DNA of 64,000 nt. Source: a virus. The notes under the pieces were generated by a model. That model was given only the letters and a program-made list of their open reading frames with translations. It was not told where the DNA came from and did not search any database. The DNA lies in IMG/VR virus record IMGVR_UViG_3300042691_038490, positions 1 to 64,000 of that record; one strand, given 5' to 3'. The position numbers were made by a program, and so were the translations under genes. Positions 41,303-49,970 of this stretch are shown one piece after another (the stretch's first letter is position 1; each line of letters opens with the position of its first letter).

Positions 41303-41937
41303 TTTATCTCATTTACACCATATTCGTAATTATCAGAATCTTCTGTGACCCACTTAGGACAATTTTCCACGCTATAGATATGACTATTAACTTTGCGTTC
41401 AATAAGATTTTGGCCTTGTTTAGTAACAAAGTTTGGATCATATAATCTTAATCTATTATTTGGTTGGATGGCAAAATTTCCATTGTCCAGTTGTAATACG
41501 TGACCACATTTATGCTGACCAGGATTCTCACTAAATCCAAAATTAAGTTCATTATAATCACTATGCGCCCAATCAAGTGTGAATAAGTATGTTCCAAAAT
41601 GTTCTTTACCAGTTCTAGATAAAAATTTTAATTTTTTATTTTGAAATATAGAGAATTTAGTTACTGCTATATGATAACTAAAACTGTCCCATAATTCTAA
41701 TTCGTGAATATCTTGTTCTGGAGTTCCTTCTTTTGAGCAAAATGCGCTAATTGGTGCATGCCACCAAATCCCACCATCTTCCATAATAAAGTTAAAAAGT
41801 GGCGCTTGAGATGGTAATGATGTTATTCCAAATACTAAAACTTGAAAATATTTATCATGAGAATCTTGCTGATTGCGTAAATAATTTCCTCTTACATAAC
41901 ATTCAATAGGTGGTATATTTGCGTTAAGAAAAGCCAT
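41299..41937 (-). CDS. Conserved phage hypothetical protein
   Basis: MAFLNANIPP...WDSFSY...YLFTLDW...HKCGH...GNFAIQPNNR pattern typical of aquatic phages. Confidence 0.7.
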   Translation of the reverse strand: MAFLNANIPPIECYVRGNYLRNQQDSHDKYFQVLVFGITSLPSQAPLFNFIMEDGGIWWHAPISAFCSKEGTPEQDIHELELWDSFSYHIAVTKFSIFQNKKLKFLSRTGKEHFGTYLFTLDWAHSDYNELNFGFSENPGQHKCGHVLQLDNGNFAIQPNNRLRLYDPNFVTKQGQNLIERKVNSHIYSVENCPKWVTEDSDNYEYGVNEIK

Positions 41938-41951
41938 TTTTCAGAATTACA

Positions 41952-42392
41952 CTAAATATAAACACTAAATATACTATCAAATTCAGCTTGAGACAAATAC
42001 AAGGCTTGACCGTTTTGTGGCTCTATAAATGTAATTTTAATTTCATTATTATCTTCTGTATATGCTATATTAATCGCATGACCATTACCATTTGAACGTT
42101 TGTAATGTATAACTCCAATTGCAATACTTTCAGCATCACTATCTATATTTTGTTGATAATAACCAGAAGAGAATACTTTAAATGCATCTGCAAAATTATC
42201 ACAATCCCATTTGTGAGACCAATTTAATAGTCTTATAGATCGCAGCCATGTTCTATATTTTGGATATATTTCATTTTCAATAATATCTTTTTTTGGACAA
42301 TAATAGCTTCTATCCGCTATTGTAAAATTTTTAGGTATTTTTTGGTTATTATTAAAAAATGGCCTAAGTAATTCTTTACCATCAACAATCAT
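41952..42392 (-). CDS. Papain-fold cysteine-protease-like protein
   Basis: WDCDNFA...GHAIN...FIEPQ Cys-His-Glu motif. Confidence 0.6.
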   Translation of the reverse strand: MIVDGKELLRPFFNNNQKIPKNFTIADRSYYCPKKDIIENEIYPKYRTWLRSIRLLNWSHKWDCDNFADAFKVFSSGYYQQNIDSDAESIAIGVIHYKRSNGNGHAINIAYTEDNNEIKITFIEPQNGQALYLSQAEFDSIFSVYI

Positions 42393-42427
42393 AAATTATT
42401 TTACACTTTATCTGTGTAATATTTTAT

Positions 42428-42637
42428 ATGCCAGCAGGAAAACAACATACATTTATTGGTAGAACAGTAGAAGGTTTAAATATATTTACAACTTATAAAG
42501 GTATATATAATAATTCAACAACTTATAATGTTGGAAATATTGTTAGATATGAGAACAGTTTTTACATCAGAATAAATAGCTCGGGCGCAGGAAATTTACC
42601 AACAGATGCTAATTATTGGTCAGTATATTCACAATAA
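42428..42637 (+). CDS. Small protein with carbohydrate-binding-like module
   Basis: YKG.YN..TTYNVG.IV.Y....Y...P.DANYW; own GTGTAA at 42414. Confidence 0.55.
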   Translation: MPAGKQHTFIGRTVEGLNIFTTYKGIYNNSTTYNVGNIVRYENSFYIRINSSGAGNLPTDANYWSVYSQ

Positions 42638-42975
42638 GTAAATCAAAAAGACCTTTTAATAAAAATAGCCCCCTGGAAATTTTGACCTTTAAGTATATTC
42701 CTTATTATTGATTTTTTATAGATTTCTAAAAAGGGGTAGGGATATACAGTATAAGCTAGATAAGATAGATATTAAGCTGTTTATTGTATTATTTAAATAA
42801 GGGTTAACATAGAGATAAGTATAGATAAGATAAATAAGTAATATAAATAGTATAATATTTGATGGAGATTGAAGATAGTACCCCCTCGACGCTTTTGCGA
42901 TCTCTGTTCGTCTAATTTTTTCAAAAATGGGGTGGTCATATGCAAAATAAAAGGGGATAGGGTAGCCCAAAAGTC

Positions 42976-43002
42976 ATAAGTCATTGACTATCAATGAAAT
43001 TT
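42976..43002. repeat. Solo 27-bp palindrome of the phased repeat family
   Basis: ATAAGTCATTGACTATCAATGAAATTT at the start of the early region. Confidence 0.65.
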
Positions 43003-43052
43003 AAATGATAAAAATCTCTTGTGCAATCCCTAAAGTGTGATAGATTAAGAGT

Positions 43053-43226
43053 ATGAAAGTTAAAGCAAACATCAAGTTCGACCTAAACGAAACCATCAAA
43101 CGACTTGAGGCTATCACGGCAGGATACAAAGCATCCGCCCAACGCCTCGACAACATCGTGGCAGAAGCCCAAGCTAAGAAGGATGAAGCCCATCAGAAGT
43201 ATATGGGCGAACCCATCGTAAAATAA
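43053..43226 (+). CDS. Small coiled-coil protein (57 aa; not in ORF track)
   Basis: MKVKANIKFDLNETIKRLEAI...; paralog of 44780..44926. Confidence 0.75.
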   Translation: MKVKANIKFDLNETIKRLEAITAGYKASAQRLDNIVAEAQAKKDEAHQKYMGEPIVK

Positions 43227-43265
43227 TCATTGACGAAACAACAACCAGAAAGCATACTAGCTCAA

Positions 43266-43685
43266 ATGAAAAACCAAATCACCATCACTAAACAACCCTT
43301 CGGCAACACAACCGCTTTCCTCTTGGAAGGCAACAAAGGTCAGATCGAAAACTTCCATAATGCGATGTATAACTACTCCGCAACTAATGGCGAGTTGCAC
43401 GATATGGGCAACGGCAAAGCGTTCTACTTCTATGCACAGCCCGAGGCCGTGCTAGAAGCTATGACCAAGGTTGCTCTCTATGCCCTATGCAATAAGATCA
43501 AAGCAAAGGGCTTGAAGGGTGGACTACTCTCCCTTGCAAAGCAGAAAGCACAAAGCAAGTTCGATAGCATCAAAGAAGGACGCTTCCTTCGCACAGCAAT
43601 CTCTACCGATGTGTTTAATGTGGGAACGATCAGTGCAGAGAAACCTAGCGACTACTGCGGTGCGATCAGTAGCGGGAGAGACTAA
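43266..43685 (+). CDS. Hypothetical protein, three-member paralog family
   Basis: Start moved to ATG 43266 after a TTGACG-N17-CATACT promoter; FHNAMYNY..TNG.L motif. Confidence 0.7.
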   Translation: MKNQITITKQPFGNTTAFLLEGNKGQIENFHNAMYNYSATNGELHDMGNGKAFYFYAQPEAVLEAMTKVALYALCNKIKAKGLKGGLLSLAKQKAQSKFDSIKEGRFLRTAISTDVFNVGTISAEKPSDYCGAISSGRD

Positions 43686-44062
43686 TGACAGCAGAGATAC
43701 TTGTTATAGCTTTAACACTCTTGGGTGAAGCTCGGGGCGAAGGCTTCGACGGAATGGCGGGTGTTGCATCAGTCATCCAGACGCGAGCCATTGAACGCAA
43801 GCAGACAGCTTCGCAGGTCTGTCTTGCACCAAAGCAGTTCAGCTTCTGGAATGGTGGAGTTACCGAAGCACAGAAGCAGAAGTTGCTCGCCAACCCTCAA
43901 GCACACAACGCTATTCGTCTTGCTAAACTTGTAGCAGAGAAGCGGATGCCTGATGTGGTGAATGGTGCGAACCACTACCACACCTTCCAAGTGTCGCCCA
44001 AGTGGTCAAAGGGTGAGCAAACAGTCGCAGTAATTAAAAATCACAAGTTCTACCGATTGTAG
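43685..44062 (+). CDS. Cell wall hydrolase, SleB/Hydrolase_2 family
   Basis: EARGEG...VASVI..R...QFSFWN...GANHYH...P.W...HKFY. Confidence 0.85.
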   Translation: MTAEILVIALTLLGEARGEGFDGMAGVASVIQTRAIERKQTASQVCLAPKQFSFWNGGVTEAQKQKLLANPQAHNAIRLAKLVAEKRMPDVVNGANHYHTFQVSPKWSKGEQTVAVIKNHKFYRL

Positions 44063-44099
44063 GACTTGACAATAAAGAAAGACATGATAAGATAAAACA

Positions 44100-44243
44100 A
44101 TGAATAATACCAATGACAAGATCATCGAGTTGGCATCCAACTTGGTGAATATCATCAAAGACCTAAACAGCAAGCAATACAACCTCACCGCTGGAGTTTA
44201 CCTCGCAGAGTTGAGCAACCTACTCGAAATGAGGAAGATCTAA
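44100..44243 (+). CDS. Small hypothetical protein (47 aa; not in ORF track)
   Basis: ATG follows a TTGACA-N17-TAAGAT promoter; MNNTNDKIIELASNL... Confidence 0.6.
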   Translation: MNNTNDKIIELASNLVNIIKDLNSKQYNLTAGVYLAELSNLLEMRKI

Positions 44244-44623
44244 TGATGGCACGCGCTATCCTCATCGACCCATTCACCGAGACTGTCTCACAGGTAACTC
44301 TTGTGGACACGAAACTCGAAACTCTCCGCAATCTCATCGAGTGCGAGATCATCACGATGGCTGGCCTTGCTGATGGTGTGGACATGATCTTAGATGACGA
44401 AGGACTCTTGAAAGACTCAAAGTCTCAAGCCTACTTCAAGTTCGGGATCAGCTCTCAACCTTTCGCTGGCAAAGCGTTGATCGTTGGCACAGACGAAGAA
44501 GGAAACACAGTTTCACTTCCTGAGAGTGTGACAACCGAAAAAGTTTTTGAGAGAGTGATCTTTTTCAAACCCTCTGAAAAATATCTGGACGAATCAAAAG
44601 AAATTAGAGTTTTGCCCTTTTAA
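44243..44623 (+). CDS. DUF3846-like protein
   Basis: AILIDP...L..LIEC...DDEGLL...FAGKALIVG.DEEG. Confidence 0.65.
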   Translation: MMARAILIDPFTETVSQVTLVDTKLETLRNLIECEIITMAGLADGVDMILDDEGLLKDSKSQAYFKFGISSQPFAGKALIVGTDEEGNTVSLPESVTTEKVFERVIFFKPSEKYLDESKEIRVLPF

Positions 44624-44635
44624 AAGTCTCCCTTC

Positions 44636-44710
44636 GTAAGTTGTTATCCATCAACGACTTACGCAAGGCGGGTCCCTTGCGTCGTAAGTCGTTATCAATC
44701 AACGAGAAAT
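44636..44710. repeat. Phased 75-bp element R1
   Basis: GTAAGTTGTTATCCATCAACGACTTAC + 21 nt + GTAAGTCGTTATCAATCAACGAGAAAT. Confidence 0.9.
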
Positions 44711-44779
44711 AAATGAAGAAATTTCTTGCAAAAAATGAAAAATGTGATAGATTATAAGTAGAAAGAAAGAAGAAAAAAA

Positions 44780-44926
44780 ATGAAAACAAAAATCAAAATC
44801 AAATTCGACCTCAACGAAACAATTCGCCGCTTGGAAGAAATCTCCAAGGGCTATCAAGAATCCGCAAAACGGATGGAAAAAATCATCGTCAAAATGGACG
44901 AAATCAAAACTCTTAAGAAAGGATAA
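44780..44926 (+). CDS. Small coiled-coil protein (48 aa; not in ORF track)
   Basis: MKTKIKIKFDLNETIRRLEEI...; paralog of 43053..43226. Confidence 0.75.
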   Translation: MKTKIKIKFDLNETIRRLEEISKGYQESAKRMEKIIVKMDEIKTLKKG

Positions 44927-44933
44927 TAAAACA

Positions 44934-45134
44934 ATGATAACAATAAATCCAGAACTATACGAAAACAAAAACATATTCCGATATGGTAACGAAAAGCTAC
45001 TCGTGAAGGTGTTCCCTTCCACGATTGGATATAAAACAATGAGTGCAACCGCTGAAATCCTCGAAGGTGAGGACAAGGGTAAGTGGACAACCATTTATCT
45101 TCGCAAAGGTTTGTATCCCGTTGATGCTCAATAA
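44934..45134 (+). CDS. Hypothetical protein
   Basis: 66-aa ORF in early operon. Confidence 0.6.
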   Translation: MITINPELYENKNIFRYGNEKLLVKVFPSTIGYKTMSATAEILEGEDKGKWTTIYLRKGLYPVDAQ

Positions 45135-45178
45135 GAAATAAAGTTTGACAAAATAGAAAAATCTGATAGGATAAAAAT

Positions 45179-45472
45179 ATGAAAGATAAGAACAAAGCAA
45201 TCAAACCAGAAATCGGAACCTTCTACCTCTTGACCTACGACAAGACGAAGCATCCTTGGCTCCCTACCGAAGAAGTCCTCTTTGTGAAGGATAACGAAAC
45301 CTTCATCAAAATCAGCATCAGCCAAGGTGCTGGTTTTAGCTCTCGTTGGGATTGGGCAACCGAAAAAGCGGTGACCATTACCAAGCTCGCAAAAAATCAG
45401 CAGCTTGTGGACAAACTCAACCTCTCGGTAGAAATTGGCAGAGACATCGCCAAGGCCGAACTTGGAAAATAA
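45179..45472 (+). CDS. Hypothetical protein
   Basis: ATG follows a TTGACA-N17-TAGGAT promoter. Confidence 0.65.
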   Translation: MKDKNKAIKPEIGTFYLLTYDKTKHPWLPTEEVLFVKDNETFIKISISQGAGFSSRWDWATEKAVTITKLAKNQQLVDKLNLSVEIGRDIAKAELGK

Positions 45473-45607
45473 AATGAAAAAAATCCTTTTCAAAATAAAT
45501 AAAAAAACTTACAGGCTCGCCGTGAAAAATGGTGAAGAAAAAAACTTTCTGCGAGAGAGATTTTTCTACTATGTTTCTGCGAGTTGCTTGCATCTTCGAG
45601 ACCTGCT

Positions 45608-45682
45608 CTAAGTAACTCAGCATCAACGAGTTACGCTCGCAGGGAGGCCGATCCCATAAATGCTTAATAATCAATGCTTTAT
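45608..45682. repeat. Phased 75-bp element R2
   Basis: ...ATCAACGAGTTAC + GCTCGCAGGGAGGCCGATCCC (21 nt) + ATAAATGCTTAATAATCAATGCTTTAT. Confidence 0.85.
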
Positions 45683-45767
45683 AAATTCATGATCTTAGAC
45701 TAAAACCTGATGAAATGCTTAAAATCAAAAACGATCTTTGAACAAAACCTAATGGAAGGCAAAAAAT

Positions 45768-45842
45768 CTAAAGTCTTGAGTATCAAAGACTTACGCAACC
45801 AACTCCCCCGCGCGCGCAAACCCTTGACTATCAACAACTTGC
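45768..45842. repeat. Phased 75-bp element R3
   Basis: CTAAAGTCTTGAGTATCAAAGACTTAC + 21 nt + GCAAACCCTTGACTATCAACAACTTGC. Confidence 0.9.
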
Positions 45843-45881
45843 AACGCTTGACAAAACAAAAATCTCTGATATCCTCTTTTT

Positions 45882-46244
45882 ATGCAAAACAAAATAAAAA
45901 TATTTAGCGAACCCTTTGGCCCTAACCTCGCCTATTTGATAGAAGCTGATTTCCTATCTGCTGAAAGATTTTATAATGCAATTTACAATTTCGGTGGGAC
46001 GAATTACAAATTGCAAGATCGTGGAAGTGGGAAAGCATTTTACTTTTATGCAGAGCCAGCGAAGTTTCGCAGAGCTTTAGCTCTCGCTCTCTCAAACAAT
46101 CTTGAATCATCTTTTGGTGATGGCAACTGGGACTCTCACGGAGAAGCCCTAGCAGACCAAATCATTTCAGAAATAAAACCATCATCTTTTGTAAGGCGTT
46201 CAGTATCAACAGAATATTCTTGCAGAAAATCTTTGACAGAATAG
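45882..46244 (+). CDS. Hypothetical protein, three-member paralog family
   Basis: FYNAIYNFGGTN...GKAFYFYAEP similar to 43266..43685. Confidence 0.7.
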   Translation: MQNKIKIFSEPFGPNLAYLIEADFLSAERFYNAIYNFGGTNYKLQDRGSGKAFYFYAEPAKFRRALALALSNNLESSFGDGNWDSHGEALADQIISEIKPSSFVRRSVSTEYSCRKSLTE

Positions 46245-46266
46245 TAATCTGTGATACATTAGTCGT

Positions 46267-46434
46267 ATGAACAACAACGACATCTCATACCTCGCCTCGA
46301 TTAACTGCACCGAAGCCTTTGCTGATGCGGAGGCTTTCTTCGACTACATCAATTCCCCTGATGTAATCAACGAAATGCTGGATAAGATGGCTCCCAGCTT
46401 CGATGAAGCTGATACCATCGTGGAGGTCAAATAA
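46267..46434 (+). CDS. Small acidic protein (55 aa; not in ORF track)
   Basis: MNNNDISYLASINCTEAFADAEAFFDY...; ATG follows a TTGACA-N17-TACATT promoter. Confidence 0.65.
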   Translation: MNNNDISYLASINCTEAFADAEAFFDYINSPDVINEMLDKMAPSFDEADTIVEVK

Positions 46435-46435
46435 T

Positions 46436-46705
46436 ATGGACTACAAAGCCTCTCTCAAGGAGTGGATGAGCCAGCATATGCTGGGCGCTCAGGATGTGCG
46501 TGACATCCTCAATGAGATGCGTGAGGATGATCGCCTCGCTCTCTCTAAATCGTCAGATCTTTCTGATGTGGACGATTCGATGGATGGCGACTTTGATTCT
46601 GCTATGGCATCGGCTGGCCATGGCACAGACGAAGACTATGGTGGCGGGTGCTATCAGATGGAAGACTTCGGCTGGGCTGGTGACGAAAACTTCTGTGGAG
46701 AATAA
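46436..46705 (+). CDS. Small acidic protein
   Basis: Likely start MDYKASL; D/E-rich C-terminus (DDSMDGDFDSAMASAGHGTDEDY). Confidence 0.65.
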   Translation: MDYKASLKEWMSQHMLGAQDVRDILNEMREDDRLALSKSSDLSDVDDSMDGDFDSAMASAGHGTDEDYGGGCYQMEDFGWAGDENFCGE

Positions 46706-46816
46706 TTATGATTGAAAAATATATACTCGCAATCGCTGGGCCTGGAATTTTTTTCCTTGCTCTCGCAACATTAGAAACTCTTATCAACTTTGCTGTCTGG
46801 TTTTGGGAGCAAAAAC

Positions 46817-46891
46817 ATAAGTAGTTAACTATCAACGAGTTACGTCGGCGGGGCCTCGCCTTACGTAACTACTTGATAATCAAAGACTTCT
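46817..46891. repeat. Phased 75-bp element R4
   Basis: ATAAGTAGTTAACTATCAACGAGTTAC + 21 nt + GTAACTACTTGATAATCAAAGACTTCT. Confidence 0.9.
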
Positions 46892-46896
46892 AAAGC

Positions 46897-47046
46897 TTAC
46901 ATACTAGCTCGCCAACCTTCAAAATCTTCTTCCATCTCTCTTTGCCATTGAACAAAATTTTTGTTTGCATCTAGTGGAGGATTTTCAGTATCAGTCCACG
47001 GATAAAAAGTTTCTAAGTTTTCGTCTAGTAGTTTTTCAATGTTCAT
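46897..47046 (-). CDS. Small acidic protein (49 aa; not in ORF track)
   Basis: MNIEKLLDENLETFYPW...EMEEDFEGWRASM. Confidence 0.5.
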   Translation of the reverse strand: MNIEKLLDENLETFYPWTDTENPPLDANKNFVQWQREMEEDFEGWRASM

Positions 47047-47108
47047 AAAAATAAAATTCCTAAAATAATTCCAAGTAAAATTAAGATAATTGTTTCCATT
47101 GGGACATC

Positions 47109-47744
47109 TTAATGCTTTTTGTAGTTAATTGCAAACTGATTTTTGTCCCAGCACGCACGACAATCAGCACACTTGTTGCCTTGTTTAGAGCTAGGGCAAT
47201 TAAAGTTTCCAACCTTGCTTGCACCGCTAACGCACAAACCAAGGCGTTGAGCGATACCAACAGGAGCAGGGCCATCCATCATAAGAGCAGAGAGACGAAT
47301 AGTTAAATTGGAAGGCACTTCTCCGCCTTTCTCAATATACTCTGAAACGAAAGCATACTCCCGAGTTGGCAACCAAAAGGAAATATGCGGAAGGTTTTTA
47401 GCAACCTGCACAATCTTTTGAAGATGCCATACGCCTTGGATGTCTCCCGAATCATGCCATCTGAAATGGGGGTTTTTAACTTTGCCGATCAAATAGGACA
47501 TAGCCTCAACCCAAAGATCATTGGTAAGAGAAGCAAAACGCTTTTCCATCGCCTCTTGAACATTCTTAAAAACATAACGCCCTTTGAGAGCATAGCAGAA
47601 CGCACAAATACTTCCTGCAACCTTACGCATTTTTTGCCCGATAAGACAACGCTTTGCTGGCGTTGAGTAGGCATAACCTGGCATCTTCGAAGGTTTAGAT
47701 AGTGTGCCGACAATAGCTTCGGCTTGCTTTTTGTTTTTGAACAT
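47109..47744 (-). CDS. Gene product 88-like (radical-SAM-like Cys cluster) protein
   Basis: SKMPG...C..G...C..CYA.KG.Y, FRWHDSGD, WLPTRE and C..CRACW. Confidence 0.75.
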   Translation of the reverse strand: MFKNKKQAEAIVGTLSKPSKMPGYAYSTPAKRCLIGQKMRKVAGSICAFCYALKGRYVFKNVQEAMEKRFASLTNDLWVEAMSYLIGKVKNPHFRWHDSGDIQGVWHLQKIVQVAKNLPHISFWLPTREYAFVSEYIEKGGEVPSNLTIRLSALMMDGPAPVGIAQRLGLCVSGASKVGNFNCPSSKQGNKCADCRACWDKNQFAINYKKH

Positions 47745-47793
47745 AAAATAAATCTAACATAATTTTTTCTTGTGACAAGTTTTTTTTACAGTT

Positions 47794-47868
47794 AAATCTC
47801 GTTGAATATCAATGACTTACAACCGCAGGGAGGTCGCCTCTGTAAGTCGTTAATGCTTAAGCAGTTGC
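47794..47868. repeat. Phased 75-bp element R5
   Basis: TCGTTGAATATCAATGACTTAC + AACCGCAGGGAGGTCGCCTCT (21 nt) + GTAAGTCGTTAA; the outer arm overlaps the ardC stop. Confidence 0.85.
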
Positions 47869-48693
47869 AGTTTCTGCTTCTGGAATCTCTTCGCTTTCTT
47901 TTTTACCAATGAAAGCGTCAAATCTTTTTTGAGCTTTACTAGAAGCTGAAATAATAAAATTCATATCCTTTTTTAATACTTGGAGCCAACTAGAAAGATA
48001 ACTCGCAGAATTGTTAAAACATTTTTCAGAATCAATTCCGCAGAAGTTAAGACAGAGACTAGCAAAAATCTCTGCGGTCAATTCTTCTTTGCTATAATTC
48101 TGTGAACCAAATCCGTTCTTCACTTCATCATTAGTCGCCTTGTGCATAGCGTGACCAATCTCGTGAAACGCAGTGGAGTAATACTCCTCAACGCTGTTGA
48201 AGTTTTCTTTTGGAGGAAGGTCGATCTTATGTTCCTGCGGATAATAACAGGCACGACTTCCGCCGTGCTTAATCTTAATAATGCACTTGTTAATCAACTT
48301 CTCTGCTTCTTCTACTGGAGAAAAATCGAGTTTCTTAACTTCGGGTTGTTTCCACTTGATGTTCTCGACATCACTTAACCCAAAAACTTTGTAATATCTC
48401 ATCATAGGAAACCCAGTGCTTTCGTCATCTTTGTTTTTTAGGAGCTTGTAATAAACTACCAGATGAGCTTTGGCACCTTTCTTGATGTTTCCGCCAAGTT
48501 CTTTGATCTGGTTAAAGGTAAAGAAAAAGTCATCAGAGGAAACCATACGAAGCAAAAATTGGTTTATGCCCCTATAATTCTTTTTTGAAATGCCGTTGCA
48601 AAGATCAAAAACTTTCCAAGGCTTCTGCCAAGGGCAAGTTCCATTGTTGAGGGCTTCGATGAATTTTTCAGTGATAATTTCGTTTACTTTCAT
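47857..48693 (-). CDS. ardC: ArdC-family antirestriction protein (ssDNA-binding + zincin domain)
   Basis: PWQKPW, YRGIN, TFNQ...GG.IKKG, YYSTAFHEIGH, YSKEELTAE and SASYLSSW. Confidence 0.9.
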   Translation of the reverse strand: MKVNEIITEKFIEALNNGTCPWQKPWKVFDLCNGISKKNYRGINQFLLRMVSSDDFFFTFNQIKELGGNIKKGAKAHLVVYYKLLKNKDDESTGFPMMRYYKVFGLSDVENIKWKQPEVKKLDFSPVEEAEKLINKCIIKIKHGGSRACYYPQEHKIDLPPKENFNSVEEYYSTAFHEIGHAMHKATNDEVKNGFGSQNYSKEELTAEIFASLCLNFCGIDSEKCFNNSASYLSSWLQVLKKDMNFIISASSKAQKRFDAFIGKKESEEIPEAETATA

Positions 48694-48732
48694 AGCTTAA
48701 ATATATCACTTTTTTTCTTTTTGTCTACAAAT

Positions 48733-48807
48733 AAATCTCATTCACCATCAACAACTTACAACTGCAGGGAGGTTGCCTTTGTAACTCTCTAATAATCAAT
48801 AGAATAA
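48733..48807. repeat. Phased 75-bp element R6
   Basis: ATCAACAACTTAC + AACTGCAGGGAGGTTGCCTTT (21 nt) + GTAACTCTCTAATAATCAAT. Confidence 0.85.
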
Positions 48808-49003
48808 AAATGTTGACATAAAACAAAAATATGATAATCTATAAAAAGAAAAGAGGTAATAAAATGATGCACGATATATTTGATGACGAAATAACCTTGA
48901 AAATCTGGGCTAAAAAAATGCTCGATGATCAAGCTATGGAAAGAGCATTAGAGACTCAAGCAGAACTCGATGCTGACCATATGCGTGATATGGGCGAGAG
49001 TTA

Positions 49004-49078
49004 ATAACTCGCTCATTATCAATAACTTATAACCGCAGGGAGGTCGCTTGCGTAAACCTTTGATAATCAAGTGCTTAG
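49004..49078. repeat. Phased 75-bp element R7 (abuts tRNA-Glu 3' end)
   Basis: ATAACTCGCTCATTATCAATAACTTAT + 21 nt + GTAAACCTTTGATAATCAAGTGCTTAG. Confidence 0.85.
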
Positions 49079-49147
49079 GGCTAAACGGATTCGAACCGAT
49101 ACACCCTCATTGAAAGCGAGGAGTCCTAACCATTAGACGATAGCCCC
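49076..49147 (-). tRNA. tRNA-Glu(TTC)
   Basis: Cloverleaf GGGGCTA...CCTCG-CT-TTC-AA-TGAGG...GGTTCGAATCC. Confidence 0.85.
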
Positions 49148-49239
49148 AAAATATAGTATTTAACTTATTATATTAGGTATTTTTGTATTTATCAATTAGT
49201 ATTTGCTATTTAGTGTAATCTCTTTTAGAATTGTATTAG

Positions 49240-49443
49240 ATGAAAAGCAAAACTGAGATGGATCAAGTATTCAAAAACTCAAAGTTATATCAAGAATTCC
49301 TCAAAGAGCGTGAGGAAATATTAAAACACAAATGGCTTGAAAGCGAGAAAGCTGGTAAGGATGTAGGATTCGAATGGGCACTTCTTGATTGGAACTTTCA
49401 TCACCGCACAGGTTGGAAAAGCGAACACAGTAATTTCTTCTAA
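49240..49443 (+). CDS. DUF4032-like small protein
   Basis: EREEILKHKWLESEKAGKDVGFEWALLDW; GTGTAA motif upstream. Confidence 0.7.
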   Translation: MKSKTEMDQVFKNSKLYQEFLKEREEILKHKWLESEKAGKDVGFEWALLDWNFHHRTGWKSEHSNFF

Positions 49444-49618
49444 AAAATTTTAGCTCTTCCGCTCTCTCTATTCTAGAACTAGAGAAAATATAATACCCAC
49501 CTTTACCTGCCTCAGACTCTGGGCATTGGGGCTTCAAGGGCTCTTAATGGGAGAGTCACTCCACACCTTGCGGAAAGAACTATAGTTATCTTACCATACT
49601 TTTGTTTTAGTGCAATAA

Positions 49619-49650
49619 AAAAGGCGAGATTTTTTAGGTCTCGCCCTTTC
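49619..49650 (-). terminator. Rho-independent terminator
   Basis: GGCGAGA/TCTCGCC stem with flanking A/T tracts. Confidence 0.65.
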
Positions 49651-49670
49651 TATAAATAATCTCTCTGTTT

Positions 49671-49931
49671 TTAGACTGGCGAGAGACCTCCAGCAATCCG
49701 ATCATAACGGAACTGACGATGTCCGAATCCGTCACGACCAGAGAAGCACCAAGAGATGAAAAGCTTTTTTCCAGCCTTGGAAATATAATGAGTGGTAGGA
49801 ACGCCAACGATGTAAGTATAAGTCTCGGTTCCATTGTAAGGCTTATAGTTGATGATATACCGCTGTCCTAGCACGAACCAGAACAGACCCTTAATCATCT
49901 CCCACAGGGTGATGTTGTTTTGTTTCTTCAT
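49671..49931 (-). CDS. Hypothetical protein
   Basis: 86-aa ORF between element R8 and a terminator. Confidence 0.6.
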   Translation of the reverse strand: MKKQNNITLWEMIKGLFWFVLGQRYIINYKPYNGTETYTYIVGVPTTHYISKAGKKLFISWCFSGRDGFGHRQFRYDRIAGGLSPV

Positions 49932-49970
49932 TTAATAATCATACCATAACTTCATTTTTCTGCAAGAAAA

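Noticed and set aside
42716-42984. Two minus-strand ORFs in the junction region
   Set aside because: Low-complexity translations of the AGATAAG repeat tract; more likely non-coding.
45417-45907. ORFs 45417..45674 and 45710..45907
   Set aside because: They run through repeat elements R2/R3 and a promoter; probably spurious.
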